Origin: Deltaproteobacteria bacterium
GTDB taxonomy: Bacteria > JAGRBM01 > JAHCIT01
Reading direction: 5' to 3'
DNA length: 43,297 nt
Assembly: GCA_026129095.1 (NCBI GenBank)
Contig: JAHCIT010000014.1
Location: 1 to 43,297, forward strand
The position numbers and the translations under genes are program-made. The notes beneath the pieces are model-generated. The model did no database searches. It was not told the DNA's origin and was given only the letters and a program-made list of their open reading frames with translations. This document shows, one piece after another, positions 1 to 9,528 of this stretch. Every line of letters begins with the position of its first letter. Within the stretch, counting starts at the first letter, position 1.

Positions 1-1
1 A

Positions 2-541
<540 letters not shown>

Positions 542-570
542 GCCGTCGGTTAGCCTGCGACCGTAACCCC

Positions 571-614
571 GCCAGCGCCCGCGCCTTCCAGGAGGCCCGC
601 GGGCGCTGGCTTTC
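571..614 (+). terminator. Probable rho-independent terminator after groEL
   Basis: 13-bp inverted repeat GCCAGCGCCCGCG...CGCGGGCGCTGGC followed by TTTC, 30 nt after the stop. Confidence 0.6.
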
Positions 615-678
615 GGATAGGCGGGGTACGGGATGGGCGGTTTGCCCAGCCGCTGTGTTTCCGTTCATCCTTGTGTCC

Positions 679-1299
679 ATGCCTTTTAGCAAGCGCACTC
701 CAGGCTCCCTCCGTGAATACGCATACTGGCTGTGGGAAACGGCGCAGCGCGTCCCGTCTCTGGTCCGGACCGAATCTGGGGCAGACGGGATTGACGGCCG
801 GTTCCGCGAGGAGGTGATGCTCGCGGTGACGGCGGTGAACGACTGCCGCTATTGCCGCTTTGTGCACGGCTCGCTGGCGGAGTACGAAGGCGTCGAACTG
901 GACGAGATCCAGAAGATGATGAAAACGGACTGGGAGCCGGGGGATCAGCGCCTGGCGGCTGCCGTCCATTATGCCCGGGAATGTGCCGAAGCGGGGAAAC
1001 TGCCGCCTTCGAAGGCGAGCCGTGCGGCACTGGGCAGGCTGTTTGATGAAAAGGAAGTTCGCGCCATTGAGGCATCGATTGCCGGGATCATGGTGGGGAA
1101 TCTGACCGGCAACACATTCGATGCCCTTCTTGCCCGCTTTACCGGTGAGCGCCGGTTTCGCGAGGAAGGCTGGGTCAGGGAGGCCGTCATCGCCAGCGCG
1201 GCACTCGCTGGTGGCCTGTCCGCCCTGGCCATGGGCGCGGCGGCCCGGGGTGCCGCCCGGCTGCCATTCCGCCGCCGGCTCCGTGCGGCGCAACGCTAG
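679..1299 (+). CDS. Carboxymuconolactone decarboxylase / AhpD-like protein
   Basis: REEVMLAVTAVNDCRYCRFVH is the AhpD-core CxxCxxxH motif. Start ATG at 679 chosen; the ORF is open from 655. Confidence 0.8.
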   Translation: MPFSKRTPGSLREYAYWLWETAQRVPSLVRTESGADGIDGRFREEVMLAVTAVNDCRYCRFVHGSLAEYEGVELDEIQKMMKTDWEPGDQRLAAAVHYARECAEAGKLPPSKASRAALGRLFDEKEVRAIEASIAGIMVGNLTGNTFDALLARFTGERRFREEGWVREAVIASAALAGGLSALAMGAAARGAARLPFRRRLRAAQR

Positions 1300-1591
1300 C
1301 AGTCAGGAAAACGGAGGGCCGGAACCCGGTCAGGGATTGGGAAATCCGGGCGCAGTGCCGTCTGTGGGTCTTGCCAGCCAGGTCTGCCAGCGGCAGGCCT
1401 GGCGATCCCGTGGCTATCCCCGGCACCGGCTCCCGGAGGAGGAAACCCGCCGCCGGGTTCCGGCTTCTCCGAGCATTGTAACCGCGGGCCGGACAGGCCG
1501 AGGCTCCCGGGGTGCCGGACCGGCGATATTTGTATCGAACGCCGGATCCGGAACCCATGGGAGCCTCTCCCCCTTCCCGGGTGAAACGTGG

Positions 1592-3052
1592 TCAGCGGTT
1601 GGCGTGGATTGTGTCGCCTACGTAGGCCTCGACGCCGATTTCCATGTAGTCGAGACCCTCGACCTCTTCTTCCTCGGTAACCCGGGCACCGATCGTCACC
1701 TTGATGACCGTCCACAGGATGAGGCTTGCAGTCAGGGTGAACGCTCCTACCGAGACGATGCCGATGATCTGGGGTATCACCTGCCCCATGCCGCCGCCAT
1801 AGAACAGCCCAAGACCGGGCTGAGCGTCGCCTCCGGCAAAGCCGGGTGCGGCGAACAGGCCCACGGCGAGTGTGCCCCAGATGCCGTTCACCAGATGAAC
1901 GGAGAGTGCGCCCACGGGGTCGTCAATCTTGATCTTGTCCCAGAACAGGATGCTGAAAACGCAGAGCACGCCGCCAATGGCGCCGATCAGGAAAGCGCCG
2001 CCCGGAGTCACCCAGGCGCAGGGCGCAGTAATGGCGACCAGGCCTGCCAGGGCGCCGTTCAGCGACATGTTGATGTCGGGCTTGCCGAACTTCAGGGCGG
2101 CAACTCCGGTTGCGGCCAGCAGGCCGGCGGCCGCGGCGATATTGGTTGTCATGGCGATGTGGGCGATGGCGTTGAAGTCAGCTCCCATCGTGGAGCCCGG
2201 GTTGAACCCGAACCAGCCGAGCCACAGGATCAGCGTTCCCAGAACGGCGAGCGGGATCGAGTGGCCGGGGATTGGATGTACCTTGCCATCGGTGCCGTAT
2301 TTGCCGATGCGCGGTCCGATGATGAGAATGCCCGCCAGACCGGCCCAGCCGCCCACCGAGTGAACTACCGTCGAGCCGGCGAAATCCCAGAAGCCCTTGT
2401 CAGCCAGCCAGCCGGCGCCCCAGATCCACTTGCCGGGGAACGGATAGACGAGAATCGTCAGCAGGAACGAAAACACGATGAAGGAGCCGTACTTGTTCCG
2501 TTCGTCCACACAGCCGGAGACAATCGTGGCGGCGGTGGCGGCGAAGGCGAGCTGGAAGAAGAACTTGGCCTCAATGGGTATGGAGGTCCAGCTCAGTGAT
2601 TCGTAGAGTGATGCATCGCCGACAAATGGTGACAGCGCGCCCAGGAAGCTGCTCCCGTTTCCGAACATGAGCGAAAACCCCAGCAGCCAGTAAGCGATGG
2701 TTGCCGCTCCGAATACCGTGAAGTTCTTGCCAAGGATTGTCGCGGCATTCTTCTTCCGGCACAGGCCGCTCTCGAGGAGAGCAAAACCGGCGTTCATGAA
2801 GAAAACCAGAAAGCCGGCGATCATCGTCCAGATGGTATCGGCGGCGATCTTCAGGTCGGCGGCCTGCTGCTCCAGGGCAGCCAGCTTGTCTTCAGCGCCG
2901 CCTGTCCCGGCTGCTTCAGCTTCGGGCGGCGGTGCTTCGGGAGCCGGGACTGCTTCGGTTGCGGCCGGCATTTCATCGGCTACCAGGACCGATGGCGCGG
3001 CGACCGCTACCGCGAAGAACAACAACATGGACCAGCTCAAAATTTTTCTCAT
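1592..3052 (-). CDS. amt: Ammonium transporter (Amt family) with N-terminal signal-like extension
   Basis: GFALLESG, DFAGSTVVHSVGG, LWLGWFGFNPGS, NGALAGLVAITA and DDPVGALSVH motifs with both pore histidines; ATG at 3052 has a GGGAGAGG RBS-like sequence upstream. Confidence 0.96.
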   Translation of the reverse strand: MRKILSWSMLLFFAVAVAAPSVLVADEMPAATEAVPAPEAPPPEAEAAGTGGAEDKLAALEQQAADLKIAADTIWTMIAGFLVFFMNAGFALLESGLCRKKNAATILGKNFTVFGAATIAYWLLGFSLMFGNGSSFLGALSPFVGDASLYESLSWTSIPIEAKFFFQLAFAATAATIVSGCVDERNKYGSFIVFSFLLTILVYPFPGKWIWGAGWLADKGFWDFAGSTVVHSVGGWAGLAGILIIGPRIGKYGTDGKVHPIPGHSIPLAVLGTLILWLGWFGFNPGSTMGADFNAIAHIAMTTNIAAAAGLLAATGVAALKFGKPDINMSLNGALAGLVAITAPCAWVTPGGAFLIGAIGGVLCVFSILFWDKIKIDDPVGALSVHLVNGIWGTLAVGLFAAPGFAGGDAQPGLGLFYGGGMGQVIPQIIGIVSVGAFTLTASLILWTVIKVTIGARVTEEEEVEGLDYMEIGVEAYVGDTIHANR

Positions 3053-3520
3053 GGCTTTCCTGCCTCTCCCATATTCATATTTGTTCAGCTCCGGTTCGCA
3101 TGTGTCCCGTACCTTGTTGCCGGAACATGTGCGGACGGAACGCCAATTGGAGCCGTTAGCTCTCAAACGAGGTTTGTCTCTCAGGCGAGACGGGCCGGGC
3201 CCGGTGGATCAGACGGCACGGCAGTCTTTCCCGCATGGCGTTGTGCATCACGCGGGCCAACTTGGGATGGTCCATCAAAGTTTGGTCTGGAACCACGAGA
3301 TCTGGAGGCCGGGAAGAAGCATATCAATGGAGTTCCGGAGCGAACATGCAAACCGGGGATAGTCTATTGAGATTACAGGGCTTACTGCGGGTTTAGCCGG
3401 ATCACTTCTGGCGTCAGCCATGCCATGAGGGAAAGAGACTTCTTCAGCGGTTGCTTCTGGTATACGCCCGTACCTGATCTCCACCCTGGTGCCCACTCCT
3501 GAGGCGACTAGCGAACGAAC

Positions 3521-3537
3521 TGCCTAATCCGTAGGCG
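3521..3537. promoter_or_regulatory. Possible NtrC-type enhancer palindrome
   Basis: TGCCTAATCCGTAGGCG, a 17-bp dyad (GCCTA-N5-TAGGC) with NtrC-box-like length, between amt and glnB. Confidence 0.3.
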
Positions 3538-3667
3538 CGCCTGGTTGGCAATCACGGGCTAATTCCCCGTCAAGGGTATTGGTGTCATCTGTGGATAAGC
3601 GGGAAATCACAATAAAATAAGCGGGTTATTTGCATGATGCAGTCATTGGGCAGTTTCGGGATGTCGC

Positions 3668-3684
3668 TTGGTTTCTTCCTTGCA
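3668..3684 (+). promoter_or_regulatory. Possible sigma54 (-24/-12) promoter for glnB-glnA
   Basis: TTGGTTTCTTCCTTGCA has exact GG-N10-GC spacing and ends in TTGCA; an AT-rich tract lies just upstream (3603-3632). Confidence 0.4.
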
Positions 3685-4030
3685 GTCAACCGGGCGTCTT
3701 GGCTGGAAACGGCCACACCAGATGAACTGGTGGCCCCATTGGGGTGGATGGCCAAGGCTCCGTATGGGGCCGTAGCCAGCAGGGCATTACGTAATGTGAC
3801 GGATTGCCGCAGGCGGGAAGGGTTCCTGCCGGTGGCAGGTGGATCCCGCCAGACTACCTGTAGCTGCCTTGTGCATGTGCGGCCTGGATCTCATGTGGGG
3901 TTCCGGCCGGGACTGGATACTAGAAGAAATATTTTTCCCCGGGCCGGTTCCGTCCGGTTTTCCCGTAGCAACCGGCAAATCCGATGGCTAGGGTAAGCGC
4001 CGCCTGGGGTCGTTTGGATACTGGAGCTGA

Positions 4031-4372
<342 letters not shown>

Positions 4373-4536
4373 CCGGCGGGAGTCAGCAATAAGGAATTCA
4401 GGTGGGCGGACGCTGGATCCCGGGCGGCCGCCAGCCGGAAAAGAGGGGAAGTGGCGCCTTTAACACAGGCCCGGCTTCCCTGAAGCGCAGGAAACCAAAG
4501 CAGGGAAAATAACACCCAAGGAGAATTGGTGTCACC

Positions 4537-5955
4537 ATGACGACAGCCAAAGATGTTCTCAAGATGATCAAGGACCACGGGGTTGAGATGGTTGATCTCA
4601 AGTTCGTGGACTTTCTCGGGACCTGGCAGCACAAGTCCCATCCCATCAACATGATCGATGAAGATGTATTCGTGAGCGGCCTCGGTTTCGACGGCAGCTC
4701 GATCCGCGGATGGCAGGGTATCCAGGAGTCTGACATGCTTCAGGTTCCGGACCCGGCGACGGCACGGATTGATCCGTTCATGCAGCACCCGACGCTTTCG
4801 ATGATCTGCGACATCGTGGATCCGATCACGAAGGAGCCCTATTCACGGGATCCGCGCAACATCGCCAAGAAGGCTGAGGCATATCTCAAGGCTTCCGGCG
4901 TGGGCGATATTGCCTACTTCGGTCCCGAACCCGAGTTCTTTATCTTCGATGATGCCCGTTACGAAGTGCAGCATCACAAGGCGTCGTTCTCGGTCGATTC
5001 GGGCGAAGCCCACTGGAACTCGAACCGGGACGAGGGCGGAAACCTTGGCTACAAGATCCGCCAGAAGGAAGGGTATTTCCCTGTAGCTCCGTACGATACC
5101 CAGCAGGATATCCGGACGGAGATGTGCCTGGTTATGCAGAAGGTCGGCATCGCCATCGAAACGCATCACCACGAGGTGGCCACCGCTGGCCAGGCCGAGA
5201 TCGACATGGTGTTCGACCAGATGCTTCCCATGGCCGACAAGGTCATGTGGTACAAGTATATCTGCCGCAACGTGGCGCGCCGGCACGGCAAGGTCGTGAC
5301 CTTCATGCCGAAGCCGATCTCGGGCGACAACGGATCGGGCATGCATACCCACCAGTCGATCTGGAAGGGCGGGAAGAACCTGTTTGCCGGCGACGGCTAC
5401 GGCGGACTCTCCCAGTTCGGCCTGCACTACATTGGCGGCATCCTGAAGCATGCCAAGGCGCTCAACGCCTTCACGAACCCGACGCTGAACTCCTACCGGC
5501 GTCTGGTTCCGGGCTTCGAGGCGCCGGTGTCCCTGGCGTACTCGTGCCGTAACCGGTCGGCTTCCTGCCGTATCCCGATGTACAGCCAGAACCCGAAATC
5601 CAAGCGGGTCGAGGTGCGGTTCCCCGACGCCGCCTGCAACCCGTACATTGCCTTCGCGGCGATGCTCATGGCTGGACTCGATGGCGTGCAGAACAAGATC
5701 GATCCGGGTGACGCGCTCGACAAGAACCTCTACGACCTGCCGCCGGAGGAACTGGCCAACGTGCCGCAGGCCTGCGGCTCGCTGGAAGAGGCGCTCGAGG
5801 CGCTTGAGAAGGACCACAAGTTCCTGCTCAAGGGCGACGTGTTCACCAAGGACGTGGTCGAAACGCAGATCGCCTGGAAGCAGCAGAACGAACTCGATAC
5901 GGCCCGCTTCGCGGTGCCGCCGATCGAGCACAAGCTGTATTTCGACGTGGGCTGA
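4537..5955 (+). CDS. glnA: Glutamine synthetase type I
   Basis: [32 protein letters not shown], and the adenylylation site NLYDLP; AAGGAG RBS upstream. Confidence 0.98.
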   Translation: MTTAKDVLKMIKDHGVEMVDLKFVDFLGTWQHKSHPINMIDEDVFVSGLGFDGSSIRGWQGIQESDMLQVPDPATARIDPFMQHPTLSMICDIVDPITKEPYSRDPRNIAKKAEAYLKASGVGDIAYFGPEPEFFIFDDARYEVQHHKASFSVDSGEAHWNSNRDEGGNLGYKIRQKEGYFPVAPYDTQQDIRTEMCLVMQKVGIAIETHHHEVATAGQAEIDMVFDQMLPMADKVMWYKYICRNVARRHGKVVTFMPKPISGDNGSGMHTHQSIWKGGKNLFAGDGYGGLSQFGLHYIGGILKHAKALNAFTNPTLNSYRRLVPGFEAPVSLAYSCRNRSASCRIPMYSQNPKSKRVEVRFPDAACNPYIAFAAMLMAGLDGVQNKIDPGDALDKNLYDLPPEELANVPQACGSLEEALEALEKDHKFLLKGDVFTKDVVETQIAWKQQNELDTARFAVPPIEHKLYFDVG

Positions 5956-5993
5956 TTTTCAGTCTCCCGTCCGGCCTTTTAGGGGCCAGGTTC

Positions 5994-6031
5994 GTGCGCC
6001 CTTCTGGAAACAGGGGGCGCGCGGCCTTTTT
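5994..6031 (+). terminator. Rho-independent terminator after glnA
   Basis: GTGCGCCCTTCTG-GAAA-CAGGGGGCGCGC hairpin followed by GGCCTTTTT. Confidence 0.65.
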
Positions 6032-6088
6032 CGGGTCCATGTCCACCCCTTTTCCTGCCCGTCCCCGGACCGGCTACGCTGCCGGTCT

Positions 6089-7138
6089 ATGCCGGAAGTC
6101 TCGGTCCTTATTCCTGTCTATAATGGTGAAGCACATGTCGAGGTGGCGCTGGAGACCGTACTTGCCCAGCGGGGACCGTCGTTTGAGGCCGTGGTGGTTG
6201 ATGACGGCTCCACCGACTCCACGCCGGCCATACTGGAACGGTTCGGTCGGTACCCCAGGGTCCGGGTCCTGACCGTTCCGCATGACGGAATTGCATCGGC
6301 GCTCAGGTCCGGAATGCAGGCATGCAGTGGCGAGTTTATCTGCCGGATGGACTCCGACGATCTCATGCCGCCGGACCGTATCGCCGTCCAGACGGACTAC
6401 CTGCGGTCGCACCCGGAGATCGGCCTCGTCGGCGGACAGGTCCGGCACGAACCGGCAGAGGGGGGGGCGGGTTTTCCTGCCGGTTTGGACGGCATGGCTC
6501 GCTATGTGGACTGGATGAACAGCCAGCGGACCCATGACGAGATGTTTGAGGCCATCTGGACCGATTCGCCGCTTGCCCATCCTTCGGTGATGTTCCGCAA
6601 GCCGCTGGCCGAACAGGCAGGGGGATACCGGATGGTCCCTTGGGCCGAAGATACGGACCTGTGGTACCGGCTCTTCCTTGCCGGAGCTGGATTTGCCAAG
6701 GTCGATGCCGAGACGGTTGTCTGGCGGGACCGTCCGGACCGGCTCACCCGGACCGATCCGGACCACTATGGACAGGAACGGCTCGCCGTGATGAAAGCGC
6801 ACTATCTCCCCCGGTTTTTCCGGCGGGCCCGGCAGGGTGGTGTGACGTTGCTCGGTGCGGGACCGTTCGGCCGCCGGATCGCCCGTGCGCTCCGGTCGGA
6901 AGGCGTTGCAGTCAACCGGTTCGTGGATGTTGATCCCGCCAAGATCGGCCGGACCCGGTCGGGAGTGCCGGTCGTGCCCGTGACGGAACTCGGTGCAGGA
7001 GACAGTGACCTGCTGGTGGCGGCGGTTGGCCAGCGCGGTGCCCGTCAGGAAATCGTTGCCGCGCTGGGGAACCGGGGTATTCCTTACCCGGAACCCGGCC
7101 GGCCCAGGGAGGAGACCCGCGTTGTCTTCTGCCACTGA
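6089..7138 (+). CDS. Glycosyltransferase family 2 with C-terminal Rossmann-like segment
   Basis: VSVLIPVYN, VVVDDGSTDST, the RMDSDD DxD motif, HPSVMFR and ED; C-terminal LLGAGPFG. The real start is ATG 6089 within the longer listed ORF. Confidence 0.92.
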   Translation: MPEVSVLIPVYNGEAHVEVALETVLAQRGPSFEAVVVDDGSTDSTPAILERFGRYPRVRVLTVPHDGIASALRSGMQACSGEFICRMDSDDLMPPDRIAVQTDYLRSHPEIGLVGGQVRHEPAEGGAGFPAGLDGMARYVDWMNSQRTHDEMFEAIWTDSPLAHPSVMFRKPLAEQAGGYRMVPWAEDTDLWYRLFLAGAGFAKVDAETVVWRDRPDRLTRTDPDHYGQERLAVMKAHYLPRFFRRARQGGVTLLGAGPFGRRIARALRSEGVAVNRFVDVDPAKIGRTRSGVPVVPVTELGAGDSDLLVAAVGQRGARQEIVAALGNRGIPYPEPGRPREETRVVFCH

Positions 7139-7148
7139 TGCCACTGAA

Positions 7149-7646
7149 ATGACCGGGGGAGCGAGGCAGTCCCGTGATGACCGGTGGCTCGTGGTCGAGA
7201 CTGCCGGTTTCCAGTTTGCCATACCGATGGAAATCCTCGATGCGGTGGTGGAAATACAGTCATCGCGGATCAAGCGGAGCCAGGGCCGCCGCCGGCCGGG
7301 TTATCTGGGAATTGTCGAATGGGCGGGTGATGAACGCGAACTCCGCTCGCTCGCCGAACAGGTCGGCCTCCAGTCACGGGTAGCGGAAGCCTATCCGACG
7401 CTCGTGACGACGATCGAAGGGGTGGGCGCAGGCGGCGGTACCGGTGAGCCATACTTCTGGGCAGTCGAGAGGGTTGTGGCATCAGTGGAAAACGGCTCCG
7501 TGCAGGTCGAGCCGGCTCCGGCCAGGTGGTGGGCCGGCGGCGAGACGGTTTTTACCGGTTTGTGGTGGCATGGGGGGGCACCCGTGTGGGTCGTGGACCT
7601 GGCGCGAGTGGTACGCCGGGCGGGCGGGGGAGAATCGGCCGCATGA
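7149..7646 (+). CDS. CheW-like domain protein (divergent)
   Basis: WLVVETAGFQFAIPMEILDAVVE...YLGIVEWAG...VWVVDLARV pattern; located upstream of romR. Confidence 0.6.
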   Translation: MTGGARQSRDDRWLVVETAGFQFAIPMEILDAVVEIQSSRIKRSQGRRRPGYLGIVEWAGDERELRSLAEQVGLQSRVAEAYPTLVTTIEGVGAGGGTGEPYFWAVERVVASVENGSVQVEPAPARWWAGGETVFTGLWWHGGAPVWVVDLARVVRRAGGGESAA

Positions 7647-8089
7647 GCAGCATCCGCGGTTATTCCGATCCGGGCCGGGCGATCGAAGGGCTCGATGTGC
7701 TGGTTTCCGGCGGCGGGGTCCGGTGGGTATTTCCGCTTACCGGCGCAGCGGTCTTCTTCGAGATGGAGCGCCTGTTTCGGCTTCCTCCTCCCGCCGCATG
7801 GGATGGAATTACCCGTGTTGAAGGCCGTACCTATTGCGTCCGGTACCTGCGTCCGTCACCGGATATGCAGCTCCCGATGACCAGGCCGGGTTCGCCGCTC
7901 CGGGGCTGCGTGGTCAGTGCGGGCGATTTGCCGGTGGCGCTGGTATTCGACCGGTTCCTGACCGGCTCCAGGCGGCCGGAATTCGAGCCCTTGGGACAGT
8001 CCAGTGCCCCGTTTCCCGGTGTCACCGGGCACGGGCAACTGGACGGTGTCGCCTGCTACCGGGTCGACACGGCCAAACTCATCGTTTAA
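7643..8089 (+). CDS. Second CheW-like domain protein (divergent)
   Basis: ATGA overlap with the previous gene; LFRLPPPAAWDGITRVEGR...VALVFDRF...YRVDTAKL resembles a CheW fold. Confidence 0.5.
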   Translation: MSSIRGYSDPGRAIEGLDVLVSGGGVRWVFPLTGAAVFFEMERLFRLPPPAAWDGITRVEGRTYCVRYLRPSPDMQLPMTRPGSPLRGCVVSAGDLPVALVFDRFLTGSRRPEFEPLGQSSAPFPGVTGHGQLDGVACYRVDTAKLIV

Positions 8090-8191
8090 AGTCCCCCGTG
8101 GTCCAGCCTTCAGCAGGTGAGCGACGCCGGTTGCCCCCAGCCAGCGCCGGATGCTACGGACGGGAAAAGCCGGGAATTCAGGTAGCTACGC

Positions 8192-9433
8192 ATGCCCAAA
8201 AAAGTTCTGGTCGCTGACGATTCAATTACCATCCAGCGGGCCGTACAGATTTCCTTTGCGAATCATCCGGATTTCGTTCTGGAGTTCGCCAGGGATGGCG
8301 ACGAAGCGCTTGCCAAGGCCAAGGCGGCGAAGCCTGATGTCGTGGTAGCTGACGTCGTGATGCCCAAGAAGTCCGGTTATGATGTGGCGGACGCGCTGAA
8401 GGGGCAGGGAATCCCGGTTGTTCTGCTCAAGGTCGGCTCTGAGGCCTATAATGAGGCCCGTGCCACCGCCGCCGGTGTGGCGGGCGCCATCCAGAAACCA
8501 TTTGAAACGACCGCGCTTGTTGAATTGGTCACTGCCGCTTCATCCGGCACTGCCCCCAAGGCTGCAGCCGCACCAGCAGCGGCAAAGCCGGTGGCTGCCC
8601 CGAAACCGGCGGCTCCACCACCGCCCAAGGCCGCGCCGGTATCCCTGGAAGACGAAACCGACTCATGGGATCTGGGTGAACCAGAAGCCGCTCCAGCTCC
8701 CGTGAAGGCTTCGCCGCCGCCAGCCCCGGCGCCCAAGCCTGCGGCGGCACCTGTAGCGCCGAAACCGCCGCCTGCTCCGGCACCGAAGGCACCTCCCGCC
8801 CCGCCGCCAGCCGCGGTGGAGGAAGAGGCGTGGGATCTGGGAGAACCCGAAGCGGCTCCTCTGTCTGCCACCTCGCTGGAGGCCGACGTGGAAGTTTCGG
8901 TCGAGACGGCTTCCGAATCGGAAGCATGGGATATGGGTGAACCGGAAGCGGCTCCCGCCACCGTCGAGGTCGAAGCCGAGTCTGCCGGAGAAACCTGGGA
9001 TCTGGGCGAACCGGAGGCGGCTCCAGCCGCGGCAGCCGAAGCACTGATGGCTGGTGGCGGTTCCGAGATCGAAGTGGAACTGTCCGCCGACTCCGGAGAT
9101 GCGTGGGATCTGGGAGAGCCCGAAGCGGCTCCGGCAAGCACTCCACCGCCGGCAGTAAAGATTCCGGTCACGGCTCCTCCTCCCCCTCCGGCTCCGAAGG
9201 CTGCCCCGGCTCCTTCCATGCCTCCGCCTGCAATTGCCGCACCGGCTGCTCGGGCTCCGGCTCCGGTCGATCCCGCACAGATCGAAGCGGCCGTCCGGCA
9301 GGCAGTCGAGCTGGCCCTGCGGCCCATGATCGACGAATCGGTGAAGCGGATCGCCAAGGCGATTTCCGAGGAGTTCCCGAAGATCGCCGAGCGCCTTATC
9401 CAGAACGAAATCGACCGTCTCAAGGAAGGGTGA
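8192..9433 (+). CDS. romR: RomR-like response regulator (receiver + Pro/Ala/acidic linker + C-terminal helix)
   Basis: Receiver motifs VLVADDS, VADVVMP and KPF; long low-complexity linker; C-terminal PKIAERLIQNEIDRLK; cheW-like/romR/valS order as recalled for myxobacteria. Confidence 0.8.
   Translation: MPKKVLVADDSITIQRAVQISFANHPDFVLEFARDGDEALAKAKAAKPDVVVADVVMPKKSGYDVADALKGQGIPVVLLKVGSEAYNEARATAAGVAGAIQKPFETTALVELVTAASSGTAPKAAAAPAAAKPVAAPKPAAPPPPKAAPVSLEDETDSWDLGEPEAAPAPVKASPPPAPAPKPAAAPVAPKPPPAPAPKAPPAPPPAAVEEEAWDLGEPEAAPLSATSLEADVEVSVETASESEAWDMGEPEAAPATVEVEAESAGETWDLGEPEAAPAAAAEALMAGGGSEIEVELSADSGDAWDLGEPEAAPASTPPPAVKIPVTAPPPPPAPKAAPAPSMPPPAIAAPAARAPAPVDPAQIEAAVRQAVELALRPMIDESVKRIAKAISEEFPKIAERLIQNEIDRLKEG
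8666..9133 (+). repeat. Five copies of the coding motif WD[L/M]GEPEAAP in the RomR linker
   Basis: The motif occurs five times in the translation, with synonymous codon differences between copies. Confidence 0.9.
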
Positions 9434-9528
9434 CAGGCGGGGGCAGAGCCCCGGTCTGACCGGGGGACAGCCCCGGCCCGGTTTCTGTTTGCCTCCCTGT
9501 CCGGTTCGCGTTAGCCACTCTGCCGGAT

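Noticed and set aside
1121-2599. 492-aa plus-strand ORF
   Set aside because: Antisense to amt and has no recognisable motifs.
3155-3195. CTCTCAGG word and small hairpins suggesting a glycine riboswitch
   Set aside because: Wrong strand for amt, and the other conserved aptamer elements are missing.
5648-6088. N-terminal 147-aa extension of the GT2 ORF
   Set aside because: It overlaps glnA and its terminator; the GT2 domain begins at ATG 6089.
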